A stretch of 64,000 bases of DNA, taken from contig CAVTHS010000006.1 in NCBI GenBank assembly GCA_963734535.1, forward strand, positions 1-64,000, read 5' to 3'. A program made the translations under genes and the position numbers. Of the stretch, positions 9,766-17,618 are shown piece after piece. The stretch comes from an uncultured Chloroflexia bacterium. GTDB lineage: Bacteria > Chloroflexota > Limnocylindria > Limnocylindrales > CSP1-4. The first letter of the stretch is position 1. Every line of letters begins with the position of its first letter. The notes below the pieces were generated by a model, which worked only from the letters and a program-made list of their open reading frames with translations, did no database searches and had not been told where the DNA came from.

Positions 9766-12012
9766 ATGGCCCGCCGGGTCGCTCCGGTCGCGCCGGCCCA
9801 CGCGGATCGTCGGGGTGACATCGAGGGCCTTCGCGCCGTTGCCGTGGTCCTTGTCGTCCTGTTCCACGCCTCGATCGGGGGCGTCCCCGGCGGCTTCGTC
9901 GGCGTCGACGTCTTCTTCGTCATCTCCGGTTTCCTGATCACGGGGCTCCTCCTGCGCGAACGGACCGGCAGCGGGACGATCTCCCTCTCGAGCTTCTACG
10001 CGCGACGGGCACGCCGCCTGCTGCCTGCGGCCGTCCTCGTCCTCCTCGTGACGCTGGTTGCGTCGATCCTGGTGCTTCCGCCACTGCTGGTCCCCGGGGT
10101 GGCGACGGACACGGCCGCCGCCGCGCTGTACGTCTCGAACATGGGGTTCGCGGCACAGGCGACGGACTACTTCGCGGCCGGCCAGGCGCCGTCCCCGATC
10201 CTCCACTTCTGGTCGCTCGGCGTCGAGGAGCAGTTCTACGTCTTCTGGCCGGCGGTCGTCCTGCTCGTGACGAGGGGCGCGATCCGACCGGGGCGTCGTG
10301 TCGGGATCACCGTGGTCACCATCGCCGTCGCCTCGTTCGCGTTTGCCCTGTGGCTGACGTCCGCGGCCGAGCCGTGGGCCTTCTTCTCGCTGCCGACGCG
10401 CGCCTGGGAGCTGGCGCTCGGGGGCTGCCTCGCCGTGGCCGGAACCCGCCTCAGCCTCCTCCCGGAGCGCGCTGCCGTGGCAGCCGGCTGGATCGGTCTG
10501 GCGCTCATCGTGCTCGCCGGGGCCGCCCTGAACGAGACGACCCCGTTCCCCGGGACTGCCGCCCTGTTGCCCACCGTGGGCGCCGCCCTGGTGATCGTAA
10601 GCGGCGCGCGGCCGACCGCCTTCGGCCCTGCCCGGATCCTCGGGATGGCAATCCCCCGCTTCCTTGGACGGATCTCGTACTCGCTGTACCTGTGGCACTG
10701 GCCGGTCCTCGTGCTTCCCGCGGTCGCGGCCGGCGTTCCACTGCCCCTGCCGGAGCGCGCGGCACTGGTCGTCGCGTCGGTTGTCCTGGCCGCGGCGACG
10801 AACCGGTGGGTGGAAGAACCCTTCCGACACGGGCGGTTCATCGGGACCCTGCCGCGGCGCAACCTTGCCATGGCGGGCGCATTGACGGTGGCCGTTGCCA
10901 TGGTCAGCGTTGGCGTCGACACGTCGGCCGCGGCGACCCTGCGTGGAAGCGGGACCGTGTCGACGCCCGCCGCCAACACGCGGAAGCTCGACTCCATCCT
11001 GAACGCCCTTGGGAGCGAGGTGCCGGCAGCGCCGTCCGGCGCGGCAGCGCCGGGGGGCAGCGCGTCGCCGCCCGTCGGATCGCCATCCGGCGCGCCGTCC
11101 ATGGGTCCATCGCCGACAGCCACGCCGGTCCCATCACCAAGCCCGCCCCCGCCCCGGCCACCGACCGCGGACGGTCGCGTCCCGTCGGACCTGCAGCCCG
11201 CGCTCTGGGCGGCCCGCACCGACCTCCCGCTTTCGTACCGGGATGGCTGCCATACCCAGACCGAACAGCCGCCGTCGACCGCGCCCTGCGTCTATGGCGA
11301 CCTCGCGTCCAGGACGACGATCGCGCTGTTCGGCGACAGCCACGCCCTCAGCTGGTTCCCGGCGGTCGAACAGATGGCCGAGGATCGCGGTTGGAAGCTC
11401 CTCAGCCTGACGATGTCCGCCTGCACGCCGGCGGACATGCCCGTCTGGAACGCCAACTTCAACCGTGTCTCGGCCGCGTGCGCGAACTGGCGGTCGCTGG
11501 CGATCGCCCGCCTCGTCCGGGCGCGTCCGGCGATCATCCTCGTGACCGGGACCCGCGGTTTCGCAGTCGTCGACGCGTCCGGCAAGCTGCTGACCGGCGA
11601 TGCCCGGACGCGCGCCTGGGACGCCGGGATGCATCGCACGCTGGCCAAGCTGGTCCCGGCGGCCGGCGAGGTGATCATGATCGCCGACACGCCGCTCTCA
11701 CTGGTGGACCCGCCCGTCTGCCTGTCCCAGCATCCGTCGAGTGTCCTCGCCTGCGCCACCCCGGTGAAGGACGCGATCAACGACGCGTGGTTGGCAGAGG
11801 AGCGGCGCGTGGCCGACCTCGAGGGCGTGGGCTTCATCGATCCGACGCGCCTGGTCTGCCCGTCGAGCCCGTGCCCTGCCGTTCTCGGCAATTTCCTGGT
11901 CTACCGGGACGGCGGCCACCTCACCGCGACCTTCTCGGCGGCCCTGACCGATCGACTCTACGCGGCGGTGGTCGCCGACCTGAAGCGGCGCCGGCCAGGG
12001 GTAGTGTTCTGA
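9766..12012 (+). CDS. Acyltransferase-3 family membrane O-acyltransferase with C-terminal SGNH domain (OafA/OatA-like)
   Basis: IEGLRAVAV, GVDVFFVISGFLIT, HFWSLGVEEQFY, SYSLYLWHWP, GDSHA (SGNH), and D-x-x-H (YRDGGHL). Start codon approximate. Confidence 0.92.
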   Translation: MARRVAPVAPAHADRRGDIEGLRAVAVVLVVLFHASIGGVPGGFVGVDVFFVISGFLITGLLLRERTGSGTISLSSFYARRARRLLPAAVLVLLVTLVASILVLPPLLVPGVATDTAAAALYVSNMGFAAQATDYFAAGQAPSPILHFWSLGVEEQFYVFWPAVVLLVTRGAIRPGRRVGITVVTIAVASFAFALWLTSAAEPWAFFSLPTRAWELALGGCLAVAGTRLSLLPERAAVAAGWIGLALIVLAGAALNETTPFPGTAALLPTVGAALVIVSGARPTAFGPARILGMAIPRFLGRISYSLYLWHWPVLVLPAVAAGVPLPLPERAALVVASVVLAAATNRWVEEPFRHGRFIGTLPRRNLAMAGALTVAVAMVSVGVDTSAAATLRGSGTVSTPAANTRKLDSILNALGSEVPAAPSGAAAPGGSASPPVGSPSGAPSMGPSPTATPVPSPSPPPPRPPTADGRVPSDLQPALWAARTDLPLSYRDGCHTQTEQPPSTAPCVYGDLASRTTIALFGDSHALSWFPAVEQMAEDRGWKLLSLTMSACTPADMPVWNANFNRVSAACANWRSLAIARLVRARPAIILVTGTRGFAVVDASGKLLTGDARTRAWDAGMHRTLAKLVPAAGEVIMIADTPLSLVDPPVCLSQHPSSVLACATPVKDAINDAWLAEERRVADLEGVGFIDPTRLVCPSSPCPAVLGNFLVYRDGGHLTATFSAALTDRLYAAVVADLKRRRPGVVF

Positions 12013-12040
12013 TCGTCCGGATGGGCGAAGGCGCCGCGGC

Positions 12041-13762
12041 TCAGGCGCCGAGAAACCGCAGGATGTTGAGCGTGAGGCGAGCGAAGCCCGGCGGGACCTC
12101 GTGCTGTCGGCCCCAGCCCGGCTCAAGCGCCCAGCCCCAGTAGAACGTTCCGGCGCTGAACACGCGGCCGCCGCTGGGGAGCTCGCGCCAGACGGCCTCC
12201 GCCGTGTATCTCGACGCCGGATCCCGGCTCTCCAGGTCCCCGGCGACGGCGAACCGGTGGTCGTACGCGCCTCCGAGCGGTCCCCACCATTCGGCGTACG
12301 GGTAGACGCCGTCGACCTCGCCGCCCGCGATGAAACCGAGCGACCCTCCGGCCGCGATCCCGGTGCCCTCGAGGAGGCGCGCGTCGGCACCCGCAGGAAG
12401 GATCGAGTAGCGCCCGAGAACCGAGGTGATCCCGCGGTACCGGACGCCGAAGAGCGGTTCGCCCATGAAGCTGCCGACATACGGGCCGGCTCCCGCTGGT
12501 CCTACCGCCTGGTAGCCCGGAAGGCTTCGCTCCTCGGTGTCGTTCGGGGCCGGCGTGGCGCCCGGGGCCTCGGATGGGTCGGGGGTCTGCCCCGGCGGCA
12601 GCATGGACGGCGGCACGGGCCCGCTCTTGAGGCACACGATGTCGCGCGGACCGTCCGGCGTCTGGCCGGCGAAGCTCACCGGCCAGTAGGCGCTGTCCGC
12701 GGCGAGCATCGCGATCCCCATGTCGCCGGCCGTGACGTGGCGATCCAGCCAGTCGTAGAGCGGCACGCCCCAGTACTCGGCGTGGCCGTTGAAGACCACG
12801 ACCCGGGCCGGCGGCTGTGCGTCCGGCGCGAGGGAGAGGTCGTAGTCGGTCGTGTAGGCGACGTCGAGGCCCTGGCGTTCGAGCCACGCGATGAGCGGCA
12901 GCTCCAGGAAGAAGAGCTGCCCTGCGCCGTCGTCATTCGCATAGGGCCGGTCGAACGAAACCCCGAGCGCCCGGCGAACGCCCGGGGCCGGCTCCCCAAG
13001 GGTCGACCCGTACAGGCTGGAGCCGCCCCAATCGTTGTAGGCCTGCCAGGTGAGCGCGTTCGAGACGACGAGGATCGAGTGGGCCGAGGGGCTGCGGACC
13101 ACGAATGGGACATACGCCTGGACGCCATCGCTGCTCGCGAGTCGGACGAGGTAGACCCCGGACTGCCAGGACGCCGGGATCGGGAACGTGTACGTATAGG
13201 CCCAGCGAGCGGCGACGATCTTCGTCGTCGGATCGACGGTCCGCGCGGACCGGACGCGACCCGGCACGTTGGCCGCCGAGGCGACCTGGACAAACGGGCC
13301 ATCGATCGGGGCCTTGCCCGAGACCACCCAGATCGTGAGGTCGTAGGACGGCGCGGTCGTCGAGACCGCGAGGCGGAGGGTCTCGCCCGGCAGGTACGAC
13401 GGTCGCGAGGCGTAGCCTTCCAGCACGTTTCCGCCCGATGGTCGCGCCTGGATCTGCCAGGGCCGGGGGCCCATGAACTCGAACGTCGGGCGCGACAACG
13501 GGACGTTGTCCGCGGCGATGATGGGGGTCTGGCCCGGTGGCAGCGTCTGCCCCGGCAGGGCCGACGGTTGGACCGGGCGGCCGGTCGAGATCGGCAACGG
13601 CCCACCACCGGGACCCGTCCCGGGCGGTGTCTCGGAACGAGGAGCCTGGGGGCCCAGGCCGGTGGCGAGGAGGAGGGCGGCGATGGCCACCAGCGCCACG
13701 AGCGTGAGCGCGATCCCGACGCGACGCCGTCGGTGTTGACCGCTCGTTGACGGTGTGTCCAT
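12041..13762 (-). CDS. Membrane-anchored N,N-dimethylformamidase beta-subunit-like (DUF6605) protein
   Basis: N-terminal TM helix, EGYASRPSYLPGE, TWQAYNDWGGSSLY, VSFDRPY, GHAEYW, GRVFSAGTFYW. Confidence 0.75.
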   Translation of the reverse strand: MDTPSTSGQHRRRRVGIALTLVALVAIAALLLATGLGPQAPRSETPPGTGPGGGPLPISTGRPVQPSALPGQTLPPGQTPIIAADNVPLSRPTFEFMGPRPWQIQARPSGGNVLEGYASRPSYLPGETLRLAVSTTAPSYDLTIWVVSGKAPIDGPFVQVASAANVPGRVRSARTVDPTTKIVAARWAYTYTFPIPASWQSGVYLVRLASSDGVQAYVPFVVRSPSAHSILVVSNALTWQAYNDWGGSSLYGSTLGEPAPGVRRALGVSFDRPYANDDGAGQLFFLELPLIAWLERQGLDVAYTTDYDLSLAPDAQPPARVVVFNGHAEYWGVPLYDWLDRHVTAGDMGIAMLAADSAYWPVSFAGQTPDGPRDIVCLKSGPVPPSMLPPGQTPDPSEAPGATPAPNDTEERSLPGYQAVGPAGAGPYVGSFMGEPLFGVRYRGITSVLGRYSILPAGADARLLEGTGIAAGGSLGFIAGGEVDGVYPYAEWWGPLGGAYDHRFAVAGDLESRDPASRYTAEAVWRELPSGGRVFSAGTFYWGWALEPGWGRQHEVPPGFARLTLNILRFLGA

Positions 13763-13807
13763 GCGGCTCGATGACAAGGCAGGTTCGGGATGAGGATGTG
13801 GGGGAGA

Positions 13808-13883
13808 TGGTGGAGATGAGGGGACTCGAACCCCTGACCCCCGCGATGCGAACGCGGTGCTCTTCCGGCTGAGCTACATCCCC
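13808..13883 (-). tRNA. tRNA-Ala (CGC)
   Basis: GGGGATGTAGCTCAGCCGGAAGAGCA-CCGCG-TTCGCAT-CGCGG-GGGTCAGGGGTTCGAGTCCCCTCATCTCCACCA: 76 nt. Confidence 0.97.
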
Positions 13884-14023
13884 ACGGCAAGGCCGATCGC
13901 TGGGCCGCAGGCGATCACCGGGCGAGAGTGTAGCACCCCTCCGGAGCCGGCAGCCCCGCCCGCTCTCGATGCAGCCCTGCGGCCGGGGGATGTCATGACG
14001 CCCCACATGCCCCTTCCAATTAT

Positions 14024-14037
14024 CGAACAGATGTTCT
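14024..14037. promoter_or_regulatory. LexA (SOS) box upstream of imuA
   Basis: CGAACAGATGTTCT = GAAC-N4-GTTC, adjacent to a TATCAT -10 element. Confidence 0.85.
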
Positions 14038-14052
14038 ATCATTGGGTGTCCG

Positions 14053-15261
14053 ATGGACCGCCACCCCGAACGCGCCGCCGTCGTCCTCGCCTCTCTCCGG
14101 GAGCGCTGGGGCGCGGCAGCTCCGCGGCCGGCGACGGAGGTGTTCGGCGCGCTCGCGTTTGCCCCGCACCCGGCGATCGCCCCGCACCCGGCGATCGCCC
14201 CGCGTCTCGCGACGAACACGCCGGCATTGCTCCCGCTGCCCGACATCGGGACATCGATCCCCCCCTCCGTCCAGCCTCGCTCCCGGCCCGCACCGGCCGC
14301 GACCGACCGGACGATCCCGACGGGATTTCCCGCGCTGGATGCGCTCCTGGCCGCCGGTGGTCTCCCGCGGGCCGGGACCGTCGCGCTCGCGGGGGCGGGG
14401 TCCAGCGGCGCGACGACGCTCGCGCTCCGCGTGCTCGCCGAGGCGCAGGAGGGGGGCGCGCTCGCCGCCTGGGTGGACCTCCCGCGCGCGCTCGACCCCG
14501 TCGAGGCCGTGGCTCGCGGCGTCCGCCTCGAGTGGCTCGCGGTCCTGGTCCCGGACGGCCCGGCCGAGGCGCTTGCGATGGCCGGCTCGCTGCTCCAGGC
14601 CCGCGCGGTGGACATCCTGGTGCTGGACCTGGGGACGGCACGCGCGGGAGTAGCGGCATCGAGGTCGCCGACGGCCACCACGCCGACGGCTACCACGCTC
14701 CCGCCCCGGCATGGTCCGCGCCCGCCCAGCCTCGCCGATCAGCTGGCCCGGCTGGTTGCGTTCGCACGGCGGGCCGGTGCGCTCCTGCTCGTCCTCGAGC
14801 CTGCCGGGACCCCGGCGCCACTCCGGGCCGCGCTCGACGAGGGTGCCGGCCTGCGCCTGGAGCTCCGGCGGAGCGGCTGGGTCCGGCTGGGTCGCGAGGT
14901 CGTGGGGCAGCGGACGGAGGTCCGCGTCGCGAAGGACCACCACGGAGCGCCCGACCGGCGGACCATGCTCCGGATCCTCTACGCGGAAGGCGGGCCGCGG
15001 GACCGCTGCCTGGCCCGCGACGAGCTCCTGGTGGAGGAGCCCGTCGCGGGGGCGCCGCCCGGCATCCTCCGCCCGGGCGCCGCCACCTTCCCCGGGCCCA
15101 CCCCCGCCGTCCCACCCCGACCGCAGCACGAGCCCCACTCATCGACCGATGCGCCTCCTCCATCTCTCCTGGCCACATCTCGCGCTCCGGCTCGCCCGGC
15201 AGCGGCCGCCCGGAAACCTGCCCGACGGGCCGCTGATCCTCGGCGGGCAGCCGTGGGATGA
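14053..15261 (+). CDS. imuA: ImuA-like (RecA/SulA-fold) mutasome accessory protein
   Basis: IPTGFPALDALL, degenerate Walker A (GAGSSGATTL), AWVD, LDP..A, DILVLD. SOS box upstream and imuB downstream. The low-complexity C-terminus overlaps imuB. Confidence 0.8.
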   Translation: MDRHPERAAVVLASLRERWGAAAPRPATEVFGALAFAPHPAIAPHPAIAPRLATNTPALLPLPDIGTSIPPSVQPRSRPAPAATDRTIPTGFPALDALLAAGGLPRAGTVALAGAGSSGATTLALRVLAEAQEGGALAAWVDLPRALDPVEAVARGVRLEWLAVLVPDGPAEALAMAGSLLQARAVDILVLDLGTARAGVAASRSPTATTPTATTLPPRHGPRPPSLADQLARLVAFARRAGALLLVLEPAGTPAPLRAALDEGAGLRLELRRSGWVRLGREVVGQRTEVRVAKDHHGAPDRRTMLRILYAEGGPRDRCLARDELLVEEPVAGAPPGILRPGAATFPGPTPAVPPRPQHEPHSSTDAPPPSLLATSRAPARPAAAARKPARRAADPRRAAVG

Positions 15262-16438
15262 CGGCGTCGTCCTCGACGCGAACCAGGCGGCCCGGGATCT
15301 CGGCGTCCGGCGGGGGATCCCGCTCGGGCAGGCGCACCGGCTCGCCCCGGAGGCCACGTTCGTACCGCCCGATCCCGGGGCGGACGCGACGGCCGTCGAG
15401 GCGGCGCTGGACGCGCTCGCGGCGTTCAGCCCGGGCATCGCCGGCCCGTTCGACGCGGCCGATCCCGCGTTCGGGACGCTCGAGGTCCAGCTCGACGGCC
15501 TGGAGCCGCTCTGGGGGCCGGAGCCGGTCCTCCTCGCCAAGATCCGTGCCGCCCTCGCGCCGCTCCTCCCGGGGACGCCGCGGGCGGGGATCGCCGGGAC
15601 CCGGTTCGCGGCCGCGCTTGCAGCCGCCACCGGCCCGGGCCCTGCCGCCGTCCCGTGCGTCTGCGTGCCTCCCGGCGGGGATGCCTCGTTCCTCGCCTCG
15701 TTCCCGTCCGCGGCCCTCTCGCGCGACCCGGACGTGCGTGCCCGGCTCGCCCGGTTCGGCCTCGCCACGATCGGGGAGGTCGGCGCGCTGCCCCGCTCGG
15801 CGCTCGTGGCGCGCTTCGGGACCGAGGCCGGCGCGCGGCTCCACGATCGGGCGACCGGCCGCGAGACGGAGCCGTTCCGCCCGCGCCGCAATCCCGAGCG
15901 GCTGGCGCTGGGGCTCTCGCTGGACGAGCCGATCGTCGGGCTGGAGGCGGTCCGCTTCGTGCTGCGGCGGGTCGCGGGTGCGCTCGCGGCCCAGCTGGAC
16001 GCGCGTGGCTCCGCGGCGGGCCGCGCCCGGCTGACGCTCACCCTCGACCCGACGTTCCGGCCGGGCCGGCTCCCGCTCCCCGGCGAGGACCTCCCGCGGC
16101 GGATCGTTGAGCAGCGGCTCCCAGAGCCCTCCGCGGACCCGGAGGCGCTGGAACGGCTCTTCCTCGCGCGGCTTGAGAAGGACCCACCCGCCGCGCCGAT
16201 CGCGCGCCTGGACCTGGAGCTGCTCGACGTCACGCCCGCCGCCGGCCACCAGCTGGCGCTCTTCGTGCCCCAGGCGAACGCGGCCGCCCGGCTCGGCTGG
16301 CAGCTCGCCCGGCTCGCCGTTCGCTACGGGGAGGGCCGGGTCGGCCGGCTCGTCCTCGCCGACCCCGAGGCGCCCCTCCCCGAGGCACGCTGGACCTGGC
16401 ATCCCGTGGCGGCCGACGGCGTGGAGCCGGCCCGGTGA
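15149..16438 (+). CDS. imuB: ImuB, catalytically inactive Y-family polymerase
   Basis: ANQAARDLGVRRGIPLGQA, LARFGLATIGEV HhH, QLALF clamp-binding-like motif. Lacks the DinB catalytic Asp motifs. Confidence 0.85.
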   Translation: MRLLHLSWPHLALRLARQRPPGNLPDGPLILGGQPWDDGVVLDANQAARDLGVRRGIPLGQAHRLAPEATFVPPDPGADATAVEAALDALAAFSPGIAGPFDAADPAFGTLEVQLDGLEPLWGPEPVLLAKIRAALAPLLPGTPRAGIAGTRFAAALAAATGPGPAAVPCVCVPPGGDASFLASFPSAALSRDPDVRARLARFGLATIGEVGALPRSALVARFGTEAGARLHDRATGRETEPFRPRRNPERLALGLSLDEPIVGLEAVRFVLRRVAGALAAQLDARGSAAGRARLTLTLDPTFRPGRLPLPGEDLPRRIVEQRLPEPSADPEALERLFLARLEKDPPAAPIARLDLELLDVTPAAGHQLALFVPQANAAARLGWQLARLAVRYGEGRVGRLVLADPEAPLPEARWTWHPVAADGVEPAR

Positions 16439-16683
16439 CGCGCCTCCTGCGCGAGCACCCGGCCGTGGAGGCGGAGCTGGACGAAGCCGGCCGCCTGGTC
16501 GCGATTCGCTGGGCCGGCCGCCGCGAGCCGGTGGAGGTCTGCACGCGCTGGCGCGTCGACGAGGCGTGGTGGGGTCGCCCGATCGCGCGCGACTATTTCA
16601 AGGTCGTCGGACGCCAGTGGCTCGCCCTCGTCTACCTGGACCGCGTGGACGGCTCGTGGCACCTGGAGCGGCTCTACGACTGA
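16435..16683 (+). CDS. Small protein resembling the ImuB C-terminal domain (DUF6504-like)
   Basis: GTGA overlap with the imuB stop, GGAG RBS, RWRVDEAWW...RDYFKV...WHLERLYD motif. Confidence 0.7.
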   Translation: MTRLLREHPAVEAELDEAGRLVAIRWAGRREPVEVCTRWRVDEAWWGRPIARDYFKVVGRQWLALVYLDRVDGSWHLERLYD

Positions 16684-16770
16684 CCGCGGCCACGCGGGTC
16701 CGCGCACCGTCGGCCCGTGGACGCCGCCGGACTGCCGCGCCGGACGGCTCGGGCCGCTGGGACGTCCGCC

Positions 16771-16902
16771 TCAGGCGAGGAACGCCGCGAGCGCAACCGG
16801 CTTCGCGCCGGAGGCACCTGCCGCGACGATCACGACGATCAGGACAACGAGGACCAGCACCAGGATGCCGGCGCCCAGCCACTCGCGTGCCGTCGGTCGC
16901 AT
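16771..16902 (-). CDS. Small (43 aa) single-pass membrane protein, not in the ORF track
   Basis: AAGGAG RBS then ATG: MRPTAREWLGAGILVLVLVVLIVVIVAAGASGAKPVALAAFLA, stop TGA at 16771-16773. Confidence 0.65.
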   Translation of the reverse strand: MRPTAREWLGAGILVLVLVVLIVVIVAAGASGAKPVALAAFLA

Positions 16903-16932
16903 CGGTCGCGCTCCTTCGCTCGGTCCGCCTGC

Positions 16933-17454
16933 TCAGGGCCGGGGGCAGCCCGCGCCATAGTAGACGGTCACGAAGTACATCCCGCCGAGCGGCCGGACGA
17001 CCACCAGCGCCCGGCAGGCCGCGCTCGCGCCGGCCGCAGAGATGTCGCGGCTGCCGTCTTCGCCGGATGTCGTACCCACCAGCGACCAGCCGGCCGCGGC
17101 CAGGGAGGTCTCGATCCGTCGTGCCGCCTCGGCCACGCCGAGGCCCGTCGTGAACGCGCCGCTCGACGGTCCCTCGACGGGGTCGGCGGGCTGCGCCGGC
17201 CTGGCATCCGGCGGGAGCGGGAAGCTCGCCGGCACGCGGTCCCAGATCCTGCCCCAGGCGACCGCCACGACCGTCGCGGCACCCGCAGCGGGCGTGGCCG
17301 CCGCGAGCGTCGAGGCGGGAGTCGACGCAGATGGGGCCGGGCTGGACGGCGCGGGGCTCGCGGCGCCGACGCACGAGGCGAGGAGGCCGGTCGCGGCCAG
17401 GACGCCTGCGAGGGCGCGCGCGCTGAAAGCCTGGGCGGGTCGTCGGGGCGGCAT
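16933..17454 (-). CDS. Putative lipoprotein
   Basis: Lipobox LLASC after a signal-like N-terminus, Pro/Ser/Ala linker, C-terminal domain with two Cys. Confidence 0.65.
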   Translation of the reverse strand: MPPRRPAQAFSARALAGVLAATGLLASCVGAASPAPSSPAPSASTPASTLAAATPAAGAATVVAVAWGRIWDRVPASFPLPPDARPAQPADPVEGPSSGAFTTGLGVAEAARRIETSLAAAGWSLVGTTSGEDGSRDISAAGASAACRALVVVRPLGGMYFVTVYYGAGCPRP

Positions 17455-17525
17455 CGTGGCCATCCTAGTCCGCGCCTCGTGTCCGGGTCCAGACGACGTT
17501 CGGTCGCATCCCCGGGTCTTGACGT

Positions 17526-17547
17526 CGATAGAACGCATGTTCTATCG
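17526..17547. promoter_or_regulatory. LexA (SOS) box upstream of dnaE2
   Basis: CGATAGAAC-GCAT-GTTCTATCG, an extended palindrome containing GAAC-N4-GTTC. Confidence 0.88.
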
Positions 17548-17618
17548 TTTGCCTGGCCCCGCCGGCCGCGACGGCCGCGCCGCCGTCCATTCCCGACGCT
17601 GTCTCACCGGGTCGTGCC

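Noticed and set aside
8555-13883. Integrative island bounded by the two tRNA-Ala genes
   Set aside because: Both tRNAs are complete with different anticodons. No integrase and no duplicated tRNA 3' fragment (att site) was seen.
14161-14203. 18-bp tandem duplication (APHPAI x2) in imuA
   Set aside because: A short in-frame slippage duplication in a disordered linker, with no sign of a functional array.
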